From the NCBI GenBank assembly GCA_002633005.1, contig NMRA01000107.1, positions 479,727 through 536,067 on the forward strand: a stretch of 56,341 nucleotides of DNA, read 5' to 3'. Positions 1 to 11,000 of this stretch are shown here, piece by piece. Within the stretch, counting starts at the first letter, position 1. Each line of letters starts with the position of its first letter. The translations under genes and the position numbers were made by a program. The notes beneath the pieces are model-generated. The model had not been told where the DNA came from. It made no database searches and saw only the letters and a list, made by a program, of their open reading frames with translations. Source of the stretch: Phoronis australis. Its lineage: Eukaryota; Animalia; Phoronida.

Positions 1-1
1 G

Positions 2-419
2 AGCAATTAATTTTGCATTTTCTGATTCAAAAATCACTGAAGCTCCATTAGCAACAGCAGCCTGGACAGAGAATATTTCCTGTGGATAGCTTGGTATGTA
101 CAAAACATTTGTCAATGTGGAACAGATGACATTGCCCTTACTGTCTATTAGCCTAATGTCAACATCACCAGGTGCCTGAGCTATACCAGTTGTCCTAGTC
201 CCATCTGCCAATTCTATGCAGTGACTAGACGGATCAAATTTCTCATCAAAACATTTAAACTTGGACCTGTCTGTAACAATATGGGATGTTGCCCCAGTAT
301 CAACTAACAGTTTGTTTACTAACATCTGATCATGTTTAAACCTATCATCACTAACCTTAAAACTGAAATCATTAAATCTACTTCCCTGCTGGTCATGTTC
401 CTCAGCTGCTTTGTGGGCT
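2..419 (-). pseudogene. pol: Copia pol N-terminus (aspartic protease), in frame with gag after a single TAA
   Basis: Manual translation: AHKAAEEHDQ...KLLVDTGATSHIVTDRSKFKCFD...IELADG...LTNVLYIPSYPQEIFSVQAAVANGASVIF, open to the window edge. Confidence 0.85.
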
Positions 420-1220
420 TTACTTGTGCCTTCGGCAATCCTGGAAGTTGTGGGAGCTGTTTTTACACAGTCTGCACCATCTTGTTTGAGTTCTGCAATC
501 TTGTGCTTTATGTCCTTTTTGACCGCACGTCCAACATTCCACTGGTTTCTTCCGTCGGTAGGTCGCCGACCTCATTACGGAGTCTTCTGTTTGTCTCGCA
601 TTTTCATTTTCTTCAAAAGACTTTAACTTCACTTTGAAGTCTCCAAATGTTATTTTATCTGTGTTCTGAGACACATAAACAATGAAGGGTCTGAATTTGT
701 CTGGTAATCCCTTCATCGCCATTGCGATCAACAGGCTATCACTTATAACCTCTTCCGCTGTACGCAGGTAAGTTGCGACACATTCTGCCCTGATCAGATA
801 GTCTGTCACAGACTCATTAGCTTCCATTTTTAGTGCCGTCAGTTCGCTGTATAGCCCAATTATTCGTGGCTTACTGCACCCCGTATAATGTTCTCGTAAA
901 ATCTTGAGTGCCTCACGGCCGTCATTTCTCGCATCTCGAATTATTAAGTTCAAACTTCTGTCGTCCAAGTATTGAACTAGTTCGCAGAATGCTTCTTCAT
1001 TCTTCTCATCATCGACGGTTTCCGCGTCGGATTCAATTGTCGCTTTCAGATCTAGCGATTTCAAATGTCCGAGAAACTTAATTTCCCACAGTTCATACCT
1101 TCTTTCATCTCCATCAAAACATAGCCGACTCAGTCTTCCTGAACCTCTACTCACGCTAGTGCTGGAACTGCTGGCCGTACTGGGCCCATAACCTGTTGAT
1201 GTGCTAGCAGTGAAAGGCAT
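420..1220 (-). CDS. gag: Copia gag (UBN2-like capsid region plus two zinc knuckles)
   Basis: 266-aa ORF with FDGDERRYELWEIKFLGHL, DGREALKILREHY, LKMEANESVTDYLIRAE and GLPDKFRPF, plus knuckles CWTCGQKGHKAQDC and CRLCKNSSHNFQDC. Confidence 0.9.
   Translation of the reverse strand: MPFTASTSTGYGPSTASSSSTSVSRGSGRLSRLCFDGDERRYELWEIKFLGHLKSLDLKATIESDAETVDDEKNEEAFCELVQYLDDRSLNLIIRDARNDGREALKILREHYTGCSKPRIIGLYSELTALKMEANESVTDYLIRAECVATYLRTAEEVISDSLLIAMAMKGLPDKFRPFIVYVSQNTDKITFGDFKVKLKSFEENENARQTEDSVMRSATYRRKKPVECWTCGQKGHKAQDCRTQTRWCRLCKNSSHNFQDCRRHK
1180..1193 (-). promoter_or_regulatory. Primer-binding site (copia type, internal tRNAi-Met fragment)
   Basis: Exact GGTTATGGGCCCAG directly after the LTR-terminal CA. 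This is the PBS known from Drosophila copia. Confidence 0.85.
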
Positions 1221-1514
1221 TCTGTTCGGTTAGGAACGTTGAATGCGCGACACAGTGCGAGAACGCGGTCCAAGGATAATACTAGTCTGAAGGAGGATAA
1301 TAGTTTTATTACATACTCTTCTGCTGATACTACTGAGTCTGTTACAATCCATGCGATCATACACTTATATAGTGACATACATGAATCATAACAGGATATA
1401 GTGAACAAACATGTTTACTACAATTCCTCATGTTGGGGGTGTATTACATAATACTTAATTCTCTGAACTACTCCTACACATGCATTCACTCGGATATGAG
1501 ATCATACTCTAACA
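1194..1514 (-). repeat. 5' LTR (321 bp) of the Copia element
   Basis: TG...CA termini with a short inverted end (TGTTA/CAACA), an internal TATATAA (~1370) and AATAAA (~1305) on the minus strand. It abuts the PBS. The partner LTR is outside the window, so the outer boundary is inferred. Confidence 0.75.
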
Positions 1515-1599
1515 GAAACGTTAGCACAAGTGCTATTATCCAACAAATTTAAAATCTACAAAATGAACAGAACTAAAATACTAGCTAATTCTACAGTAC

Positions 1600-2290
1600 G
1601 GAGAATATACAGAACTTGAACATAAATATAAATACAAAAGTACACATACATGTTACGGAGCGTGTAGGCATCCATAGCAGTTTTCACAAGAGCAGATCTC
1701 AGAGAAAAAGTCATGAGCAAGAGTGGCAAGTTCATTTAAGGCAGTACATTGTTTCATTACTGATGGCAATGAGTTCCACAGCAAAGTACCTTTATGAGAG
1801 ATTGAGTCACATCCGTAAGTCATCGTATTAAAGCGTTTCGCATAGAGACAGTTTTCACCTCTGAGACCGTATCCAGACTCTCTAAATTCAAGCTTTCCTG
1901 ACAAAGGACAGGGTCCAATAATATGAACATTTTTGAATACTTCAATAGATAACATTTCATCCGCCAACTAGTTAGAGAGCAGCTCCTAGCCTTAACTAAG
2001 AGTTGTGAGTAGTTGGAATCGCTGTCATTGAACATAAATTTTAAAGCACGGTGTTGTATCTTTTCCATTTTCCTACTTTTCTGTATTCCACAAACGAGGG
2101 GGCAGTGATTAAAATAGGATCTTATAAATACATAATATAACTTAAGCTTACTGTTAATGCTTAAAACATTTCGAAGACGGAACAAAGCATTCATCTGTCT
2201 AGGAGCTTTTTCGCAAATAACATCAACGTGCTCGTGGAATCTTAACTGGCTGTCAAGTTGGACACCCAGCAGCTTAACGTATACCCCCTT
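1600..2290 (-). mobile_element. 5'-truncated, frameshifted non-LTR retrotransposon (CR1/L2-group) ORF2 C-terminus
   Basis: VKLLGVQLDSQLRFHEHVDVICEKAPRQMNALFRL...YFNHCPLV...MEKIQHRALKF, continuing in a second frame as IEVFK...YGLRG...TYG..SISHKGTLLWNSLP. This is the typical post-RT region. Confidence 0.82.
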
Positions 2291-2799
2291 AAAAAGTAAC
2301 TCATTTCAAAATACAGCGAATAACAATGAATTAAGCATGGATAGAAGCACTGAGTTATAATTAACACTGGCAAAAACCACACCCTTTGTTGCCTCATCGG
2401 TTTTAGTCTGATAGGGTTTGACGACGTCATCATCAGTCATAGAAAAGTGCATGACTTCATATTTGTTGTGTGGCCTGTCTATTCTTTCCAGTGGTTCAGG
2501 ATAAGAAAAGGAGCTGAACGATGAAAAGTTGGTGACTGGTTATCGGTACAGTAACATCTATTTGAGGTGTTACCACTGCCATCAATATTGTCATTTTCTT
2601 TGTTTTCATGACATCCAACCTTTCTTGATGAAAACTTTTGGCTGAAGACTTTGAGTACTAGTACTTGAGTGAGCTCAGTACTACTAGTGATTTGTGTTGA
2701 TTACTTGAAACGTTTCCTTTAATGACCTTTTCACAGGCTCATACATGCACGCACGCAAACACACACACACACACTTTTATTTATCAGCGGCCATTTTAA

Positions 2800-4072
2800 A
2801 GGCAAAGGCAACCGTTTTCATGTCATTTTTAGCAAAAATAGGGTTTGTTGATTATCCCAGACATATTTTTCACTTACAGCTTTTCGTAATTTAATTAATT
2901 ACTCGTCGTCTACTCCGAAAGTGACGTTTTGGGAGGCAAGAATTTCGCGCCAATTTCTTTTCATACAGTCAGATTGTGAGAACAGACGAGTCAGTCATTG
3001 TTCTAACTCGGTTGTGATAAGTTTGTTCGTCGTTTGCTTTTGTTTACGAGTCAGTCAACATGCCACGCTGTTGCTGCCAACCGAGATGTACTCATTATCG
3101 TCTCGCATGTCCAGCGACACACTCCCAGTGGATGGTACTCGAGCACCCAAACTGCTTACATCCTGCCGTGCGACTCCCTCGTCACACTCGTGGCACCTTC
3201 TAAATAGCAATACAAGTCCACAATAAACTTATGAAACTTAGGCTCACCGATCTGTTCATTGGATGACGAACTGCCCTTTTCACAAGGTGTCAAACTGGGC
3301 CTGTATTCACTCCCACTACTCAACATCGCTGAAGGGCTGCTTACAGGCTCTAGGCTAGAGACAACAGCACACAGGGAATCACTGCTAGTTCCTGGAATTG
3401 CACGCTATGGGGTATGTTCGGAGGCATGGGTGTCAGTAGATGAAGTGCCTCCAGTCACTGTTTATAGTGGCCACAGCTCGCGAGGCTTCTCGCTTCAAAA
3501 ACGCACTTCTCAGGGATGGCGACGGGGTACTGCCGGGAATCAACAGCGACGGTATGGAACCCTTCTTCAGGCATTGTTTCGCAGGGACCTTCATCAATTC
3601 AGCGTACATATCTCTGTCGTAATCTGACGGCTGAAAATGCTTGCCACTGCTTTGTGCGTTGCGTGAACGGGTAGCGCTGGGTTCTTCACACGAACGAGCT
3701 AGCCAAGTACGGCGAAGTGTGTTTTCCTTCGGAAAGCGATGCAAGGTACCCAAAGCACGTGTGAGACGATAATGAGTACATCCTGGCATGCAGCAACAGC
3801 GTTGCATTTTGAGTGACTTGTAAACAAAAGGAAACGATGACCGAACTTATCACATCCGAGGTAGAACAATGACTGACTTGACAGCTCTCACAGTCTGACT
3901 GTATGAAAAGAACTTGGCGCGAAATTCTTGCCTCCCAAAACGTCACTTCCGGAGTAAAGGACGAGAAATTAATTAAATTACGAAAAGCTGTAATTAAGTG
4001 AAAAATATGTCTGGGATAATCAACAGACCTTATTTTTGCTAAAAGTGACATGAAAAAAGGTTGCCTTTGCCT
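2800..4072 (-). mobile_element. Non-autonomous Kolobok-like DNA transposon with ~305-bp TIRs and a THAP transposase remnant
   Basis: TTAA|AGGCAAAGGCAACC...GGTTGCCTTTGCCT|TTAA, with inverted arms 2800..3104 and 3763..4072. It contains an internal THAP ORF and a broken KFIVDLYC..RCHEC..WECVAGH segment (~3110-3230). A TTAA TSD, RR..YY ends and THAP are Kolobok hallmarks. Confidence 0.8.
3433..3807 (-). pseudogene. Degenerate THAP zinc-binding domain of the transposase
   Basis: RCCCMPGC...LHRFPKENTLRRTW...SGKHFQPSDY...LKKGSIPS keeps the THAP C-x-C, FP, W, HF and AVPT-like box. The third Cys is lost and the frame breaks downstream. Confidence 0.8.
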
Positions 4073-5043
4073 TTAAAGACTACTTAACACTTCTCAAAGG
4101 AACTGTCCACTGTAAGCGTTTTTACTGGACATTCTAACAGTGCACAATTTTAGTCAAAGCAAAAACAAAATTACAAGGTTAATGTCTGAAACAAAAGAAT
4201 GTTATGGAGTTTTGGAAAAGTGACTTATGCAATACGTAAGAGTGAAATTTGGTCTTGCACTCCACATATACAGTTATTTATGAAAATATATCACTTGAGC
4301 ACAAGTGCAACATCCCTGAGAACATAGTTACTCAAACCTGCTACCCAGTTACTGAGATTATTTCTAAGAATTTTTTTCAGCAATTGTGAAGTTGGCTGAG
4401 TGCAGACCAAATTTCTGTCTTCAATCTTAAGTCACTTTCATGAAAGAGGCCTGTGGTGTTTGAATGACTATGTTGTCAGTACCCATGCAGGGAACTGTGA
4501 TCAGCCATCAGTCCGTTTATGTCCAATGACTTCATTTTTGTCAGCCGATATTTTTATTGTCGCACATAGGAAGATGAAAAATCTGAGGCACGGTACCCTC
4601 AGCTATAGAGTAAGACAATAAAATAAGTGTGCAATTTCTTGTCATGCCCATGACTGCAAAAAGAGTTGAAAATGTACTGCCGGAATCTGGTCTCTGAAGA
4701 TTTGTAATGTAGTCAATAGAAGTGGTCTCCAGCATTATTCCCAAATTTGGCACATAAGTGAAATGACACTGTTTAAAGAAATGCTATGAATTTAGCAATG
4801 AGAAATAAAGCTATGCTCTTATATACACTATGTAAATGTTGCATTTTTGAGGGCTGACAATTTCCTTAAATCCCATTCTTTATTTGAGGAAAATCTACCG
4901 GGATGAGCCACAATTTTTCGTGACCCTTTCTTGTTGTTATTTACTGGTATTATGTTCATGCTTTGGTTTCATGGCTGTAGCTTGCTGGTTGTGTTATATT
5001 AATATTACATTTGGTTGTGTTTTCTAGATAGTTCAAGGTCACG

Positions 5044-5073
5044 ATGGGCTGCTGCTGTGCCAAGGAAGATGAG
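5044..5073 (+). CDS. SLC44A1: CTL1 coding exon 1 ([10 protein letters not shown])
   Basis: ACGATGG start context, acceptor tttctag at 5027 and donor GAG|gtttgt. The MGCC N-terminus matches vertebrate SLC44A1. Confidence 0.85.
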
Positions 5074-8000
5074 GTTTGTCCTCTAACAGAGTTAATATTG
5101 GGCAGTAGTAATAGGACTTGTACATTCTATCTATGAATATTTGGTAGAGTAGCCTCTTGTACATTCTATGCCTGAATATGAGACAGTAGTGATAGTCCTT
5201 TTTGGCACTCCCTGATTTTGAACACTAGATAGTCAATGAATAATGTCTATGTGTTGATGAAAGTGGTTCTCAAACTCAGAATTGCTAAGTATTGTTCTGA
5301 CTGCTTTCACTGCGGCCATCTTAGGTCTCTGAATTTTTCAATTTAATAATCTGAAATTTGTTTTTTCACGAGGATCTCAATGAGCTCTCATAGGTTGTAA
5401 CTCTCCATAAGAGCTAAGATACAAAGTAAGGTGTTCTAAGAGAGGCGAAATAAAAAAGTCGCTGTAGCTGCCATCTTGCAACGGAAGCAGTGAGTTATAA
5501 CATTACCTTGATCTTCCACTCTTGAGTTACTGTTGAATGAACCAACAATTCAAGTCACAGGCAATGCACAGTACATGCACCATTTTCGAAATCACAATTT
5601 TAGTGTTGGCCAATCCCAATAAGGTCTGAAGCATTTTCTGATGATTTTGATGTTCTTGGTCTGGTGACAAAAATAGACTGCTATCACAGTAAGGAATATT
5701 ACAAGACTGGTTTTATGTGAGTAAAAAGCTCTTAATAGGTTTTCATTTTTCGCCAGCAAAACAGGGTGAAATGCATATTAAATCACAGGTGATTACATGA
5801 CTTTGATATTTAATTGAGAAATATCTCAGTCCTGTGTCACCTAAAGAACACAATTTAACAAACTTGAAATGATTTTTCAATAATGCTAGTATAGCTGAAT
5901 GACATTGTCTTTGTAAAGTGCAAGTGAGTTGACACAACAGGTTGTACTGATCACTTCCTACAAAAGCTTTTAGTATTCATTTCATAGAGTTTCAGTGCCA
6001 AAAGAGTCCTTATGCAGACTGACATAGTTTAGAGCATATTGTACTGTGAAGCATGTTGACGACAGTGGATGTTCAGTGTGTTTGTGTTGTCACTTTACAG
6101 TCGCCAGATTCACCAGATGGAAAGAAGCAGACTAGCCTGAGGAGTCCGATAAATAACCGCACGTGTACCGACATCCCTGTGCTCATCCTGTTTGTCTTGT
6201 TCTGGTGTGGCATGGTGCGTTAACTTAGACCTTACTCTAAGTCTTAAAGTGTTCTTTTGTCACTTGCCAAACTTATAGTTATTTTGCATCAGTATTTGAA
6301 CTCCAGGTATACTTAGTTGCCTTGTAATTAAGTTTATAAAGCATTAGTTTGCACCCACAATTCTTGCTGTCAGCCGTTGATTACGGGTGTCAATGACATT
6401 CAATTGATCATTTGCCAAAGCTAGTCTTTATCTACATACCACTTCCTCTCTTTTGATAAAGAATAGTGCCACATGGTACAATCAGTTAAAGTTCTACTGA
6501 AGTGGGTAAAAAATGGCCAACTTCGAAGTAGGATAAAAAAGTGAGGTGTTGTAATAGGCCAAAACTAACATAATGATTCTCAAGCTCTCCTTTTTGACCA
6601 CATTGTAATCATAGAAAACAGGAAGTGTTAACCTCCCTTATCTCACGACTCCATATTTTGTGAGGATTGCAAATCAAATGAAAAAATTTACATCAGCTAT
6701 TGTGTGGAATTGGTTGTCCCTAGGTAATAGTCGTATTACCGCAACAGCACTCAATATAACTTCAATGTATTTTTCACGAAAGATTAAACCGTGTATTCCA
6801 ATCGTTTGACTTTTGTCGTTCTTCAGATTTTTGTTGCTGCCTATTCTGTGTTCCTTGGGGATGCCTTCAGGCTGGTGTTTGGGTATGACAGCTACGGAGA
6901 CACGTGTGGAAGACTCAACCCCAGTAAGATAGCGAACATCAGTTTATCTGGGAAGGACCTCACTGACAAGCCGTATGTGTCATATGTTTTATCATGTCAG
7001 TAGCAGATATGAACTTAGTTTTCACTTGGGGATTATATAATAGACCAGGATAATGAGAGAGCTAAATGTGACAGTGGCGCTATTGTCTGATAAATGCACT
7101 ATGTGCAGTGGTTGATTGATGTGGGTGATTATGACACTGAATAAAGTAGTCATTAAAATGGCATGACGGTAGAATTACTGCAGCCATGTTGGCTGTCAGT
7201 CAGTGCAACACTCGTCTTAAGTGGTTGTTAGTTCTTAATTTACCACAGACTAATTGTGTTTAGATCGCTGCATACATGAGAGTAAACTTCAAGAATGCAT
7301 TTCTTACAGTGAATATCCTTCAATCATGTCACCTTGCGACCTTGAGTGTGTGATTGTGTGTTCATATCATGAATATTCATAACGCCCACTTTGTTATCTG
7401 TGGAGACCAAGTATAATGTAAATATAATATATGTATGTATAATTTTATGTCCTACAATTTCCAGCTACGTGTTCTTTATGAACGTGTGGAACCCTCACAA
7501 CTCTTTGGCCGTATGTGTATCCAAGTGTCCAGGGAAGACATTGCATAACCTGATGGAAGTTCAGCAGTTCTCTAACTCCACCGGCTCACAACTCTGTGAC
7601 TATAATATCCCTGTGGACATGTACTACGACTATGTCGCGGGACGACCCAATCAGGGTCAAGGTCTGCGCGGCCCGTGCCCCATCACTCCAGTTCCTGCTA
7701 GGTAAACATTTAATTTAACAGAAGGAAATAGTAAGGGCACATAAATCAGAATTGTTGAGTTTCACGTTTTACAAATTGTCCATTGCAAAAAGACACAAAT
7801 GAACTTTCCCAAAATAGCCAATAAATTGACTGTTTTCCAATAGTTCTTGATGGAAAGACTGTTAATTTTTAAAATAAAGATAAAGCAGCGGACGCCGGAC
7901 AGACGCCGCCCGGACGGACGGAGATGACGGCATAATGCGTCCACATATAAATATGTGGGCGCATTATGCCGTCATCTCCGTCCGTCCGGGCGGCGTCTGT

Positions 8001-11000
8001 CCGGCGTCCGCTGCTTTATCTCCAAAACCCTTTGACATACGTTCATGAAATTTGGCACATATGTTCCATTCATGAATGTGCGGCATGTGCGAAGTTTTGG
8101 ACGGATCCGACTACCGGTGTGCCCCTAGTGGCAATTTTAGTTTTTTACGCTTACCTTTGTATCTTCAAAAGTCCTGAACGGATTTTCATGAAATTTGGTA
8201 TGTAGGCACCTATTAGTGAGGTGACGCTATCCTCCCGTTTTCAGATGAATTCGACATAGTTTGCGCCACCTAGTGGCCATTTTTAGTGTTTTCGAGTCTG
8301 TTTTTGTGTGTCCACCCTCTATCAACCAAACAGCTCAAAGGATGATAGTGAAAATTGGCATGTATATGCTTTCTATGTAGAGGACCGTTAACGATGATTT
8401 TTCGGCGATTTCGACTACTGCGGCACCTCTTAGTGGCAGTTTTGTTTTTTCCGCCTATGGCTGTATCTCCTTAACCGTTCGCAGGATCTTTACGAAATTG
8501 TGTAAGTATATTTATATGATGTTAACAACAGACGATGACGACTTTTGGACGGATCCGACTACCGGTGTACCCCTTAGTGGCAATTTTAATTTTTTTACGC
8601 TTACCTCTGTATCTTGACAAGTCCTTGACAGATTTTCATGAAATTTGGTATGTAGGCACCTATTAGTGCCATGACGCTATCCTCCCGTTTTCGGATGGAT
8701 TCGACCTAGTTTGCAAAACCCAGTGGCCATTTTTACTGTTTTTGAGTCTGTTTTTTGGCGTCCACCCCTCTATCAACCAAACCGCTATAAGTATGATTGT
8801 GAAAATTGGCAAGTTTGTTCTTACTATGAAGAGGACGGTTGACGCTGAATTTCCCATGACTTTGATTACTGTGGCGCCTCCTAGTGGCAGTTTTTTTGCG
8901 CCCATGGCTGTATCTCCCAAACTGTTTGCAGGATCTTTACTAAATTTAGCAAGTGTATTTATGTGATGTTGACAACGGACGATGACGACTTTAGGATGAT
9001 TCTGACTACCGGTATGCCTCTAGTGGCAATTTTAGTGTTTTACATTGACCTCTGTATTTGCATAGGTCTTAGGTGTATAGTTTGTGTTACTTCGTGACTG
9101 TGAAGGAAAAGTTCTAAGTAGAAATTTGTTTCTGGCATTCTAATGCTGTGCTAATCTCGTATGTTTGTAAGTTTGTTTTTAATTCTACGTTTCTGTGGTG
9201 CTTTAAGCAACTGATGTATAGGATGTGCTTGTATTATGAAGATCACTCACATTTTGTCCCTAGCCTATTGAGGAGACAATGACCATGCCTTTCCATTTTG
9301 CAAAGTACAACATACTACATATATGCCCTCTACTGGCCAATTTATGGTACCAATAAACAACCTTAGAAGGATACCGTATATGGTGCAATTGTGGGTGCAT
9401 TTCAACGCTTTGCGTTGCTCTTGTTATTATTTAATTCCCAAATATACTTTATGACTTAAAAACTATTAATATTTGGTTGATTACTTTTTGTCATGGGATT
9501 CCCCGTCATAACATTATTTTACTTGAAAATATCTATTTACCACTGCCCTGCCTGCAACTGGACTTGTATATGTTCCAAAGCAATATTTGGACTTGTTTTT
9601 ATTAGTTGACAAGAGTGCAAACTTTTCACAAAATTGGGTTTAAATAGCTTTGCAGTGGGAATAATGGAATTTGCATTTTTCTTTTTACTGAGATCATGTT
9701 GAGTCACTCAATGTACTTGTTTTGACGAAACGCAGTGCTTTATGTATAGTGATCTGTTATACAGCGTACTTGGCAATAAGATTTGTGATCCGCAAGTTGA
9801 TTAAAAGGTGGCAATTCAACATTTACCAATTGAAATCTACTGCTGTGGAGAGCTTAGGTGTGGCAACACATGTATTCACTGAAGTCAACAGAGGGCAGAA
9901 GCTTCTGCCCTCATCCCAGTATTGCAACTATTTATGTTCAGGGAAACTTATTGTGTACAGGAACCATTACTTAACGGGCTTTAAAGCTTAAGTGCTTAAG
10001 GATGAACGGTCAGAACAAGCGATTGGGCTTAAGTTTAGTATTTCGTATTCTGTCCCTGTGAACGACCATACTGGCATCACAGATCTTAAGCTATAGTCCT
10101 GGGACCCATTCCAAGAAACTGACTTACCGGTATGTACATTTTTTTGACTTAAGTCTAAGATTTGTCTCACTTTCCAAGCTTTGAAACTTCCACATCTGGT
10201 AAGTTAGTCAAAAGTGAGACGAAACTTATGTCAAAAATTGGAACTTAGATCTCTTTTTTTTGAAATTGGCTTGAGACAACTTTAAGTTTTGTCTTAAAAT
10301 TGACTGAAATTTAAGATTTGTCTTGGCTATATTATTTTTCTTGGATCGGACGTCATGCCCGTACTAGGTGACAAGAGTGCCTGTCTCCGTAAACTTGAAA
10401 ATAGACTAGCATGAAACTTCAAAATGTGAGAGTTTTTTGTAAACTTGCTTCAGGAATTTGGAATTTGTCTGTCACAGGCTAGTAGGAGGCGACACTGACT
10501 GAGTGTTACATTTTTATGAAATCGTGTTTGTAAAGCTCTACTACAATTGAAAAATGTCTAGGTTTTCGTTTAAGTCAGTGTTTGTGTTTTGCTTGAAAGT
10601 GTAAAATCAATTTGTTTTTCCATGTTTGCATAGGAATTTTTTATAACAATGAGCCATTCATTAGCCAATCCAGATAGTGATTTGTTTGTGTATTTTTTTA
10701 AAAATTTTTGATTAATATCAAAGCAAAAATTGTGTGCGACTATTGTACTATTTGGCTTCTTGGGTCAGTGTTAGTCAAGTGGCAAGTAACGCAAGTGTAG
10801 AGATAACAATATGTTTGGAGACTATAGAAGACTTGAGGTTTGCCGATATGGGATCATTTTTTTAAATTCCTAATCGTGTCACCTCTGTGTTAATGGTGAA
10901 CAACAGTAGTTATTTCACATGTGACGTATGGAGCTCTCGTGTTTCACTAGTGGATGACACGGTTACATCATGACCAAGTCGCCATGTTTGTATGATAAAG

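Larger units (their letters stand above)
1..1514 (-). mobile_element. 5' portion of a Ty1/Copia LTR retrotransposon (LTR, PBS, gag, protease), running off the left window edge
   Basis: On the minus strand a TGTTA...CAACA-bounded LTR (1514..1194) is followed immediately by the copia-type PBS GGTTATGGGCCCAG. Next come a gag ORF with CCHC knuckles and an in-frame aspartic protease motif LLVDTGATSHI. Confidence 0.93.

Noticed and set aside
332-637. Plus-strand ORFs over gag
   Set aside because: Antisense shadows of the retrotransposon ORF.
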